IMG/VR virus record: IMGVR_UViG_3300006752_004097
Span: 5,607 to 69,606 of that record
DNA length: 64,000 bases
Origin: a virus
Direction: 5' to 3' (one strand)
In this document: positions 53,081-62,098 of the stretch, piece after piece
Numbering within the stretch: position 1 is the stretch's first letter
Layout: the number at the start of each line of letters is the position of its first letter
Made by a program: the position numbers and the translations under genes
The notes under the pieces: model-generated
The model's input: only the letters and a program-made list of their open reading frames with translations
Databases searched by the model: none
Told to the model about the DNA's origin: nothing

Positions 53081-54844
53081 ATGAGCTGGAAAAGATACTT
53101 TACAAATGTGCCAACAGGCAATAACGACAACGGTAACATGAGCCCGTTCAGTGGACGTGGCGGTAATGAGCCTGGTCCAGCAAGATCCAATTATTCATCA
53201 TACCTACCAGATGTATATGTTGGTAGTCCAAACCGTGTTGAACGTTATGGACAATACAACACTATGGACAACGACAGTGAAGTAAATGCGGCTTTAGATA
53301 TTTTAGCAGAATTTTGCTCACAACAAAATCCAAGAAATTTAACACCATTTGAACTTAACTTTAATAAACAAGCAACAAACAGTGAAATTACTGTATTAGG
53401 ACAATACTTAAAACAGTGGTCTAAATTACAGAAGTTTGACACTAAGATGTTTAGAGTTGTTCGTAATACATTCAAATATGGCGATGCATTTTTTGTTAGA
53501 GATCCAGAAACTAAAAGATGGTTTTATATTGATCCTGCAAAAGTAGTACGTATTATTGTAAACGAATCAGAAGGTAAAAAACCTGAGCAATATATTATTA
53601 AAGATATTAACTTTAATTTTAGAGATCAAATTATTACTGATCCACATATTACAAGCGGAAATATTACAGGCGGTGGAACATCGTCAGGTTCACAAGGTTA
53701 TCAATCAGGTGGCGCACAAGGTGCAGTTGGTAATACAGGAACATCACAATCAGGATCAAGATTTAATGTAAACAACAGAGAAGTTGCAATTGATGCAGAA
53801 CATGTTGTACATTTAAGTTTATCAGAAGGGTTAGACAACAACTATCCATTTGGTAATTCATTACTTGAAAGTATCTTTAAAGTTTACAAACAAAAAGAAT
53901 TACTTGAAGACGCAATTATTATTTACAGAACACAAAGAGCACCAGAACGTAGAGTGTTTTACATTGACGTAGGTAACATGCCATCACACCTTGCTATGCA
54001 GTTTGTAGAACGTGTTAAAACAGAAATACACCAAAGACGTATTCCAAGTGCAACAGGCGGTTCAACAAGTGTTATTGACAGTGCGTACAATCCTTTATCA
54101 ACTAATGAAGATTACTTCTTTCCGCAAACAGCAGAAGGACGTGGATCTAAAGTTGAAACATTACCGGGTGGTACTAACTTAGGTGAGATTGATGACTTAA
54201 AATACTTTACTAATAAACTTATTAGAGGTTTACGTATTCCAAGTAGTTACTTGCCAACAGCGGCACAAGACGATGCACAAACGCAAAGTAACGATGGTAG
54301 AGTAGGTACTGCATACATACAAGAACTACGCTTTAACAAGTACTGTGAGCGTTTACAAGCACTTGTAACAGAAGAATTTAACCAAGAGTTTAAACGTTAC
54401 TTGATGGAAAAAGGAATGAACATTGATGTTTCAATGTTTGATTTAAAACTTGAGCCACCAATGAACTTTGCAAGTTACAGACAATCAGAACTTGATAACG
54501 TAAGAATTCCAACGTTTACACAAATTATGGCAGTGCCATTTATGAGTAACAGATATGCATTGAAACGTTTCTTAGGATTAAGTTCAGAAGAGATTGCAGA
54601 AAATGAACGTTTATGGAAAGAAGAAAATGACGAAAACTTAACTCCACCTCCAACAGACGCCGCAGGTGAAATGCGTGGCGTAGGTATTAGCGGAGCGGCA
54701 ATGGACGCAGATATAGCAGGCGGGGAAGACATTGATCCAACTGCTGAGCCTGATCCAATTGCAGGAGGAGAAGCGACAGCACCTGACACAACAACAGGCG
54801 GTGGCGCAGGCGGAGCACCTGCTCCTGAAGTTCCACCAGCATAA
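53081..54844 (+). CDS. Portal protein, gp20-like
   Basis: LLEDAIIIYR..RAPERRVFYIDVGNMP, EDYFFP..GRGSKVETLPGG.NLGEIDD. Confidence 0.95.
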   Translation: MSWKRYFTNVPTGNNDNGNMSPFSGRGGNEPGPARSNYSSYLPDVYVGSPNRVERYGQYNTMDNDSEVNAALDILAEFCSQQNPRNLTPFELNFNKQATNSEITVLGQYLKQWSKLQKFDTKMFRVVRNTFKYGDAFFVRDPETKRWFYIDPAKVVRIIVNESEGKKPEQYIIKDINFNFRDQIITDPHITSGNITGGGTSSGSQGYQSGGAQGAVGNTGTSQSGSRFNVNNREVAIDAEHVVHLSLSEGLDNNYPFGNSLLESIFKVYKQKELLEDAIIIYRTQRAPERRVFYIDVGNMPSHLAMQFVERVKTEIHQRRIPSATGGSTSVIDSAYNPLSTNEDYFFPQTAEGRGSKVETLPGGTNLGEIDDLKYFTNKLIRGLRIPSSYLPTAAQDDAQTQSNDGRVGTAYIQELRFNKYCERLQALVTEEFNQEFKRYLMEKGMNIDVSMFDLKLEPPMNFASYRQSELDNVRIPTFTQIMAVPFMSNRYALKRFLGLSSEEIAENERLWKEENDENLTPPPTDAAGEMRGVGISGAAMDADIAGGEDIDPTAEPDPIAGGEATAPDTTTGGGAGGAPAPEVPPA

Positions 54845-54859
54845 GGAATAAATAGTTAC

Positions 54860-55099
54860 ATGATACTAAGAGAATTATTTTATTTTGATAAAGAAACACT
54901 TGAACCTACCGAGGACAAGTCATACGATTCTGTTGACGACGAAGGTGTTGTACAAAAAGATGATACTCGTAAGACACGTTTAAGCCTACGACAAATTAAT
55001 AAAGCACGTCGAGCAGGCGAATTCCACAAAGAAGAACAACAAAAAGAATTACATTTCGTAAGACAAATGTACGGATTAGCGGCACAACCTGAAGTTTAG
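54860..55099 (+). CDS. Small head-module protein
   Basis: 79 aa, with ATAAATA (54848-54854) 5 nt upstream of the ATG. Confidence 0.6.
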   Translation: MILRELFYFDKETLEPTEDKSYDSVDDEGVVQKDDTRKTRLSLRQINKARRAGEFHKEEQQKELHFVRQMYGLAAQPEV

Positions 55100-55107
55100 G
55101 AGAACCT

Positions 55108-55704
55108 ATGTCAACAGCATTCGTTGTTGGTAACGGCACAAGCCGTAAACCTATAGAGTTAGAAACTTTAAAGAAATACGGCCCAATCTATGCCTGTAAT
55201 GCAGTTTACAGAGATTTCAAACCAGACCATCTTATTGCAGTTGATTCCAAAATGGTCATGGAAATCGTCAAAACAGGCTGGCAAAAGCATAACAAAGTAT
55301 ACACTAATCACAACAAACAATTCAAAGATATACAACATTTAAACATTTTAAACCCAAGTAAAGGTTGGAGTAGTGGTCCTACAGCATTAGATCTTGCTTC
55401 TGACCACGGACACGAGACACTTTATATATTAGGGTTCGATTTTAAAGGCACTACAGGCACCGGAAAAGGCGATGATAAGGTAAACAACTTATACGCTGGT
55501 ACATTTAATTACAAGCGAGAAAACGACCCTGCAACATATTTTGGTAATTGGGAGCGTCAAGTAGGCATAATATGCCAAAGAAATCACAGAAAGAGATATA
55601 TAAGAGTAGTAGCAGAAGGAGACAAGTTCTTACCCGGAAGTCTAAAAAACTTCACAAACTTATCTCACATAACCATTGAAGATTTCCAGAAGATCTTTGG
55701 TTAA
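55108..55704 (+). CDS. Maf/MptE-like (sialyltransferase-like fold) putative transferase
   Basis: AFVVGNGTSR, YACNA, LIAVD, WSSGPTA and YILGFD pattern. Confidence 0.55.
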   Translation: MSTAFVVGNGTSRKPIELETLKKYGPIYACNAVYRDFKPDHLIAVDSKMVMEIVKTGWQKHNKVYTNHNKQFKDIQHLNILNPSKGWSSGPTALDLASDHGHETLYILGFDFKGTTGTGKGDDKVNNLYAGTFNYKRENDPATYFGNWERQVGIICQRNHRKRYIRVVAEGDKFLPGSLKNFTNLSHITIEDFQKIFG

Positions 55705-55818
55705 TTTCATTAAGGTTTCAAAATCCTGCGTTTTGAGCCTATATTCCACGTATATTCCGAATAAAGTGTAAATATTATTGACAGCCTTACCAAACGTAAA
55801 CTTATAGGAGGTACTACA

Positions 55819-56772
55819 ATGGCAGACCGTAACAAATTCGAGCAGATGCTTGAAAAATTAGTTAACGAAGATAAGAAAGGTGCAGAAGAACTGTTCCATG
55901 ATATCGTCGTAGAAAAATCAAGATCAATTTATGAAAATTTATTAGAAGATGAGTTAGCAGACGAAGACACTAACGAAGCAACAGACGAAGAAGTAGATGA
56001 AACTACTGACGAAGAAGTTGATGAATCTTCAAAAGACGAAGAAGTCGACGAAGCAAAAGACGAAGAAGTCGACGAAGCAAAAGACGAAGAAGTTGACGAA
56101 GCATCAAAAGATGAAGAAGTTGACGAAAACTTTGCAGAAATTACACCAGAAGCAGAAGACGACATGGGCGGTGATCCAGCAGACGATATGATGGCTGACA
56201 TCGAAGGTGGCGACGAAGATAAAGGTGACGACGACAGCGAAGAAGATATGGAAGATCGCGTTGTTGATTTAGAAGACGCACTTGACGACCTTAAAGCAGA
56301 ATTTGAAAAAATGATGGGCGATAAGGAAGAAGGTGACGATGAAGATTCTGAGGAAGCACCAATGGACGACATGGGTGACGACGAAGAAGAAAAGGAAGAG
56401 GAAGCATTTGCTCCTGAATCCGATCTTAGCGTAGAAGACGAAGTACCAGCATTTGAAGGTACTAAATCTAACACTGAGCAAATGAGAGAGTATGTTGAAA
56501 AAATTGCTGAGCCAAAAGGCGAAGACAATAAAGCAACATCTCCAGTTGCTGGTGCAAATGACATGGGTGGAACAACTGCTAATATTGCAAAAGGTTCATC
56601 AGAAGAAAAAGGTGGTACTGTAAGTGCTCCTAAAACTGAAGATGGCGGCAATGTTAACGTTCCAGGTGGTAAAGCATCTAAGTCAATGTCAAACGCTAAA
56701 GGCCATGGCGCAGAGAAAAAAGGCGCAGGCGAAACAGGAACTGATGGTAAGTCAATCATTGGTTCTAAATAA
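55819..56772 (+). CDS. Acidic prohead core/scaffold-like protein
   Basis: Very rich in Glu and Asp, located between portal and protease. GTAAATA at 55768-55774 and an AGGAGG SD. Confidence 0.65.
   Translation: MADRNKFEQMLEKLVNEDKKGAEELFHDIVVEKSRSIYENLLEDELADEDTNEATDEEVDETTDEEVDESSKDEEVDEAKDEEVDEAKDEEVDEASKDEEVDENFAEITPEAEDDMGGDPADDMMADIEGGDEDKGDDDSEEDMEDRVVDLEDALDDLKAEFEKMMGDKEEGDDEDSEEAPMDDMGDDEEEKEEEAFAPESDLSVEDEVPAFEGTKSNTEQMREYVEKIAEPKGEDNKATSPVAGANDMGGTTANIAKGSSEEKGGTVSAPKTEDGGNVNVPGGKASKSMSNAKGHGAEKKGAGETGTDGKSIIGSK
55984..56127 (+). repeat. Coding tandem repeat of 24-27 nt units (DEEVDE-A/S/T-x)
   Basis: About six copies, including two exact GACGAAGAAGTCGACGAAGCAAAA units. Confidence 0.85.
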
Positions 56773-56791
56773 TTGTTGAGGATAGTCTAAG

Positions 56792-57412
56792 ATGATGAAC
56801 CTATTACGTGAGAACTTGACATTCGACCAGGCGCAGATCGTTCTGGAATCTACTGAGGACGGCAAAGACCTTCATTTAAAAGGTATTTGCATTCAGGGTG
56901 GCGTTCGCAATGCGAACCAGCGTATATACCCCGTAAGTGAAATTAGTAGGGCTGTCAACACTCTTAACGATCAGATTCAAGGAGGATATTCAGTTCTTGG
57001 TGAAGTTGATCATCCAGAAGGCCTTAACATTAACCTTGACCGTTGTTCGCACATGATTAAAGAAATGTGGATGGATGGACCAAACGGTTATGGAAAGTTA
57101 AAAGTATTACCTACGCCGATGGGACAACTTGTTAAAACAATGCTGGAAAGCGGAGTTAAACTTGGTGTTTCATCGCGTGGTTCAGGTAACGTAAACGAAG
57201 ATAGTAACGTAAGCGACTTTGAAATTATCACTGTTGATATAGTTGCTCAACCATCTGCTCCAGGCGCATATCCAACGCCAATTTACGAGCATTTGATGAA
57301 TACCAAAGATGGGTATAAGGCATTTAATATGGCTCGCGAAGTAAAAAACGACACAAAGGCACAGAAGTATTTGAAAGAATCTTTGGTAAACATTATCCAA
57401 GGTTTAAAATAA
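56792..57412 (+). CDS. Prohead protease, gp21-like
   Basis: NANQRIY, GEVDHP, LPTPMG, LGVSSRGSG and DIVAQPSAP. Confidence 0.93.
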   Translation: MMNLLRENLTFDQAQIVLESTEDGKDLHLKGICIQGGVRNANQRIYPVSEISRAVNTLNDQIQGGYSVLGEVDHPEGLNINLDRCSHMIKEMWMDGPNGYGKLKVLPTPMGQLVKTMLESGVKLGVSSRGSGNVNEDSNVSDFEIITVDIVAQPSAPGAYPTPIYEHLMNTKDGYKAFNMAREVKNDTKAQKYLKESLVNIIQGLK

Positions 57413-57419
57413 GGAGAAC

Positions 57420-58526
57420 ATGATGTTGGAAGCACTGAAATCACTTTTTGAGAATAATGTAATTTCTGAAGACATCAAAGCATCAATTGAAGAAGCATGG
57501 GCGGATAAGATCACTGAAAACCGTCAGGAAGTAACCGCAGAACTTCGCGAAGAATTTGCTCAAAAATATGACCACGATAAGGCTGTAATGGCTGAAGCAG
57601 TGGAAAAAATGGTTGAGGATAGACTTGGTGAAGAGATTACGGAATTTGCTGATGACCGCACAAAACTTGCTGAAGCGAGAGCAAAGTATCATGTGGCAAT
57701 GCGTGAAAACGCAGACCTACTGAAAAACTTTGTTGTTGCACAATTAGGCAAGGAAGTTTCTGAACTACATGAAGACCAAAAAGCAATGTCAACGAAATTT
57801 GGCAAACTTGAGGAATTTGTAGTAGAGGCTTTGGCAAAAGAAATTGCTGAATTCCATGAAGACAAGAAAGATCTTGCAGAGACTAAAGTTCGACTAATTA
57901 GAGAGGCTAAGAAGCATCTTAACACAGTAAAAGAAAAATTCGTTAAAAATGGAGCGAAGGTTGTTGAAAACACAGTTGCAAAAACTCTTACAAAAGAGAT
58001 TGGGCAACTTAAAGAAGACATCGACGTTGCACGTAAAAACGACTTTGGTAGAAAATTGTTTGAAACGTTTGCGGAAGAGTATACTAACTCTTACTTAAAT
58101 GAGAAATCAGAAACTGCTAAACTTTTACAAGTTGTTGAAGTGAAAGACAAGCAATTAGCAGAAGCGAAAGCAACTGTTGAGAAAACAACTAAATTAGTTG
58201 AATCTAAGGATCTTGAGTTTAAAAAGGCACAAGAAACTGCAAAAAGAAAAGATGTAATTTCCGAGTTGACTGCTCCACTGAGCAATGAACAAAAAGAGAT
58301 TATGACAGACTTACTGGAGTCTGTACAAACTGCTAATATCCAAAAACAGTTTGACAAGTACTTACCGTCAGTAATTGATGGTAACACTCCGGCAAAGAAG
58401 AAGGCAACACTTACCGAGGCGAAAGAAGTAACAGGCAACAAAGAAGAATCTAACGTTAGAAATGGCGCAAGTAATTCTGCAACAGATAATGTCGTAGATA
58501 TTAGAAGACTTGCAGGATTAAAATAA
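57420..58526 (+). CDS. Prohead scaffold, gp22-like
   Basis: Long coiled coil between the protease and the major capsid gene. Confidence 0.8.
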   Translation: MMLEALKSLFENNVISEDIKASIEEAWADKITENRQEVTAELREEFAQKYDHDKAVMAEAVEKMVEDRLGEEITEFADDRTKLAEARAKYHVAMRENADLLKNFVVAQLGKEVSELHEDQKAMSTKFGKLEEFVVEALAKEIAEFHEDKKDLAETKVRLIREAKKHLNTVKEKFVKNGAKVVENTVAKTLTKEIGQLKEDIDVARKNDFGRKLFETFAEEYTNSYLNEKSETAKLLQVVEVKDKQLAEAKATVEKTTKLVESKDLEFKKAQETAKRKDVISELTAPLSNEQKEIMTDLLESVQTANIQKQFDKYLPSVIDGNTPAKKKATLTEAKEVTGNKEESNVRNGASNSATDNVVDIRRLAGLK

Positions 58527-58536
58527 GGAGAAATCA

Positions 58537-59700
58537 ATGTCAGAACTATTAGAAAGTAGATGGCAGGAAACTAAGAGCGCATTACTTGAAGGCCTACAAG
58601 GCAATAAGAAGTCTGTTATGTCTGCTACGCTTGACAACACCAAGAAGTACTTGGCTGAGTCGGCTACAGCAGGAGCAACTTCTGCGGGTAATGTTGCAAC
58701 TTTAAATAGAGTTATCCTACCAGTAATAAGAAGGGTCATGCCTACAGTGATCGCTAACGAAATCGTTGGTGTTCAACCTATGACAGGACCAGTGGGTCAA
58801 ATCCACACATTAAGAGTTCGTTACTCAGACACATTAGATGATGTGACTGCAGGCGAAGAGGCTCTATCACCGTTCAAGATTGGCTTAGGCTATTCAGGTG
58901 GTGGATCTACTGATAAGGCATCTGCTACAGCGGCACTTGAAGGTGAAGCAGGTAAGAGATTGTCAATTCAGATCTTAAAACAAACAGTCGAAGCGAAGAC
59001 ACGTAAATTGTCAGCACGTTGGACTTTTGAGTCTGCACAAGACGCACAAGCACAACAAGGCATTGACGTAGAAGCGGAAATTATGGCGGCTTTAGCACAA
59101 GAAATTACTGCTGAAATCGATCAAGAAGTTCTTGCTTCATTACGTAACTTGGCTGGAACTGCTGAATCAGATGTACAGTACGATCAAACTGCTGTATCAG
59201 GAACTGCTACATTCGTCGGTGACGAACATGCGGCACTTGCTGTAATGATTAACAGAGCGGCTAATAAAATCGCACAGCGTACAAGACGTGGCGCAGGTAA
59301 CTTTGCAGTGGTATCACCGCATACGTTAACTGTACTTCAGTCTGCTACAACTTCAGCGTTTGCAAGAACAACTGAAGGTACATTCGAAGCACCTACTAAC
59401 ACTAAACTTGTTGGTACACTAAACGGCGCAATGAAAGTATACGTAGACGCATATGCAACAGACGCAACAGACGTACTTGTTGGTTACAAAGGAACATCAG
59501 AAGCAGACGCGGCGGCATTCTATTGCCCATACATTCCGCTAATGTCTTCAGGCGTTGTTTTAGATCCAACTTCGTTCGAGCCTGTAGTTTCATTCATGAC
59601 AAGATACGGTTATGTAGAGTTAAACAACACTGCATCATCTCTTGGTAATGCGGCAGACTACTTGGCACGTGTGAGCGTTGCTGGTGTAACATTTAGTTAA
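58537..59700 (+). CDS. Major capsid protein, gp23-like
   Basis: RRVMP..IA.EIVGVQPMTGPVGQI, EAKTRKL.ARWT.E.AQD, FYCPYIPL and FMTRYG. Confidence 0.96.
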   Translation: MSELLESRWQETKSALLEGLQGNKKSVMSATLDNTKKYLAESATAGATSAGNVATLNRVILPVIRRVMPTVIANEIVGVQPMTGPVGQIHTLRVRYSDTLDDVTAGEEALSPFKIGLGYSGGGSTDKASATAALEGEAGKRLSIQILKQTVEAKTRKLSARWTFESAQDAQAQQGIDVEAEIMAALAQEITAEIDQEVLASLRNLAGTAESDVQYDQTAVSGTATFVGDEHAALAVMINRAANKIAQRTRRGAGNFAVVSPHTLTVLQSATTSAFARTTEGTFEAPTNTKLVGTLNGAMKVYVDAYATDATDVLVGYKGTSEADAAAFYCPYIPLMSSGVVLDPTSFEPVVSFMTRYGYVELNNTASSLGNAADYLARVSVAGVTFS

Positions 59701-59721
59701 TTCTTAGAATTAATTTTATTG

Positions 59722-59752
59722 AAAAGGGCGGTGGCAACACTGCCCTTTTTTT
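59722..59752 (+). terminator. Rho-independent terminator after the capsid gene
   Basis: AAAAGGGCGGTG-GCAA-CACTGCCCTTTT followed by a T-tract. Confidence 0.9.
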
Positions 59753-59790
59753 ATGGCTATTCAAAATATATATTTTGGTAAACTTACTTC

Positions 59791-59819
59791 TTGCATTTTC
59801 CTACAAAGAGTGTTATATT
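59791..59819 (+). promoter_or_regulatory. Sigma70-type promoter for the ncRNA
   Basis: TTGCAT-N17-TATATT with an extended -10 TG. Confidence 0.6.
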
Positions 59820-59825
59820 AATAAC

Positions 59826-60069
59826 ATAGCAACAAAAAACTAATTACTTTTTGTTTATAGTGCAAGGAAGAGGCCTTTACCAGAAGGGTCGAACTTGACT
59901 GTCCAGGGGTGGTACCCAGGCTTGGTAGTAGAAATACGCTGAGTCACATCGCACTAACCCGCGGGGATAGGTTGTACGGTTTAGGAATGGTATTCCGGTC
60001 CGTGCTTGTAGGTGTACCCAAGTCCTACCTATTATGCTTATACTAAAAGGCTCTTCGGAGTCTTTTTTT
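59826..60069 (+). ncRNA. Stand-alone structured ncRNA of about 240 nt (manA-motif-like is a hypothesis only)
   Basis: GC-rich island with nested helices, flanked by its own promoter and terminator. Confidence 0.7.
60045..60069 (+). terminator. Rho-independent terminator with UUCG loop
   Basis: AAAAGGCTC-TTCG-GAGTCTTTT followed by a T-tract. Confidence 0.85.
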
Positions 60070-60085
60070 ATGACTAAATATTTGT

Positions 60086-60505
60086 ATGAAGGACGAGTAC
60101 ACAACGGTCTTTTATGACCTTGTCCAAGAGACACAGTCCACTACAGGGTACGAACTTCCCTTAGAAGTTGAAGCGTATGTAGTAATGCTCCTTGCAGATA
60201 AGTTAGATAAACCAAATTTCCTTCCTGAAAAATCATTTGCAGAAGCGTACTTGTCATTAAAACAGCCTTACAGACTGTCAGCAAAAGAACTGGGCGATAC
60301 ATGTCTTTTTGTTACAGGTGTATTTCCTGAATATGGATTGAGTATTGATTACTATTCTAATATAGGTAAAAGCAGTTATAGTATTGCTACAACAAATCTT
60401 GATATTGAAATATTTGAATTATTATCAACAAAATTTGATTTTGTACGTGAATTTATCAATATAGCAACAAAGCCGAAATATTCTCCAGTTCTGTCTATTA
60501 GATAA
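60086..60505 (+). CDS. Hypothetical protein
   Basis: 139 aa, ELGDTCLFVTGVFPE..YY..IGKSSY. CTAAATA (60074-60080) lies 5 nt upstream. Confidence 0.7.
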   Translation: MKDEYTTVFYDLVQETQSTTGYELPLEVEAYVVMLLADKLDKPNFLPEKSFAEAYLSLKQPYRLSAKELGDTCLFVTGVFPEYGLSIDYYSNIGKSSYSIATTNLDIEIFELLSTKFDFVREFINIATKPKYSPVLSIR

Positions 60506-60605
60506 ATACTTGTGTCAGATAGTGTGCCGCAAGGCGGACTTATGCAGAATACCAACTGCGTACCGGATAGAACCCGGATAGGACTACTTTATAGGAGAAA
60601 ACAAA
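60502..60605 (+). promoter_or_regulatory. Late promoter ATAAATA (60502-60508) plus structured leader of about 92 nt
   Basis: Three hairpins inside a potential multibranch junction, ahead of an AGGAG SD. Confidence 0.55.
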
Positions 60606-61055
60606 ATGGGAAGACCAATTAATAAAAAGTTTTTCGGAGTACCTACAGCAGGTGGCAACGAAATCAAAGTTGACTTTCATAACGGCTCTGCTGTTACTGA
60701 AGGTTATATTGTTAAGCAATTAGGATCTAAGAAGTTTCGTGTAGCGGCTATCGGTACACCAGGAACGAAGTACGATCGTTTCTTAACAACAGGTAAATTA
60801 GCATCTGCACTTACTGGTACAGAAATGGCGATCACTGTAAAAGGTGATGACGCAGAAACTTATCAAGTTTCTAAAATTTCTGGACGTAAAGCAACAATCA
60901 TTGCACCAGATGGTACAGGCTCAAATGCATTAAGCGGAACATCAATTGCTTGGAACTTTAGTACTGCAAACAATGACAGTGCTGTTCAGTTTGAAGAAGC
61001 GGGTGACGACGATACATTAGTCGGCACTGATGATGACGATTTCACTAACGCATAA
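60606..61055 (+). CDS. Putative virion structural protein
   Basis: 149 aa with its own late promoter, a strong SD and a terminator. Confidence 0.6.
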   Translation: MGRPINKKFFGVPTAGGNEIKVDFHNGSAVTEGYIVKQLGSKKFRVAAIGTPGTKYDRFLTTGKLASALTGTEMAITVKGDDAETYQVSKISGRKATIIAPDGTGSNALSGTSIAWNFSTANNDSAVQFEEAGDDDTLVGTDDDDFTNA

Positions 61056-61066
61056 AGAATAAACGT

Positions 61067-61095
61067 TGTAGGGGAGAAATCCCCTACATACTTTT
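61067..61095 (+). terminator. Probable terminator hairpin
   Basis: TGTAGGGGA-GAAA-TCCCCTACA then TACTTTT. Confidence 0.7.
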
Positions 61096-61106
61096 AAGGA
61101 ATTGTA

Positions 61107-62084
61107 ATGTCAAAATATGTAAGTGTACCAAATGGTGATTATACAGTAAAAACGCAAAGTGGTGGGACTATACGTCTTGACACAGGCTCAGGTGCTGGCG
61201 AAACAAGAGTTACAGGTGACCTTGTTATTGAAGGTAACACTGTAAACGTAAGTACTGTAAATTTAGAAATTTCAGATAATATTATTGAACTTAACAAAGG
61301 CGAAACAGGTGCTGGAGTAGGTGAAGGAACATCTGGTATTAGAATTGACAGAGGTACAAAAGAAGATGCATTATTTTTAATTGACGAAACAATTGAACAT
61401 GTAAATCCAAACGCACCAGCAACAGAAGTGTTTGGTACATTTGTATTTAGAGATGCAGTTGGAAACAACTTAGGAATTAGAGCGCCAAGTATTCAAACAG
61501 GCGGCAGTAGTTTATATCTTGACACAAATGGTGAAACAGTTAAAATAGTTGGTTCAGCAGTAACATATAGTAACAGCATTATTAACAATGACGATGATCA
61601 TGCACTTACAAATAAATTATATGTTGATCAAGTTATTGATGCAACACTAAACGATTTAGCAATTAGAAAAATTGCAGACGGTAATACGCAAGTAGAAGCA
61701 ACAGACGCTTCTGATATTAGCGGACAAAGTAGAGTTGACTTTATGATGGATAGTTCCATTGTATCAACATTCTTTCCAGACAGAATTGAATTAAATGATG
61801 TACGAATTAAAGACCAAACTATATCAGGAACAGTTAGTAATGGTGATTTAATACTTGAAGCACCAGGCACAGGTACTGTAAGAGTTAAAGATGTTTTAAA
61901 TATTGCAACAACACCAGGAACTGATGATGTTGCTGTTGATCCGTTAGCACCAGCAGACGGAGTAAGTCTTTATTCTAAGTCAGAAGGCCCAGGCAATACA
62001 GGCGTATATTACGTAAATACAAATAACGAACGAGACGAATTAATTAGTAGAAATAGAGCCCTTATGTTTGGGTATCTATTGTAA
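61107..62084 (+). CDS. Virion structural/fibre-like protein
   Basis: GDLVIEG..ISDNIIELNKG..SGIRIDRG motif, similar to a segment of the fibre at 12011-14095. Confidence 0.6.
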   Translation: MSKYVSVPNGDYTVKTQSGGTIRLDTGSGAGETRVTGDLVIEGNTVNVSTVNLEISDNIIELNKGETGAGVGEGTSGIRIDRGTKEDALFLIDETIEHVNPNAPATEVFGTFVFRDAVGNNLGIRAPSIQTGGSSLYLDTNGETVKIVGSAVTYSNSIINNDDDHALTNKLYVDQVIDATLNDLAIRKIADGNTQVEATDASDISGQSRVDFMMDSSIVSTFFPDRIELNDVRIKDQTISGTVSNGDLILEAPGTGTVRVKDVLNIATTPGTDDVAVDPLAPADGVSLYSKSEGPGNTGVYYVNTNNERDELISRNRALMFGYLL

Positions 62085-62098
62085 GGATAAATATTAGC

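Noticed and set aside
55984-56127. Possible CRISPR-like array
   Set aside because: The repeats are contiguous, in frame and lack unique spacers, and no cas genes are present.
59877-60134. 85-aa minus-strand ORF over the ncRNA
   Set aside because: It crosses a terminator and the start of a real + strand gene, and its composition is implausible.
60568-60580. TAGAACCCGGATA resembling the RNase P 3' conserved segment
   Set aside because: No matching 5' P4 strand, and the available region is too short.
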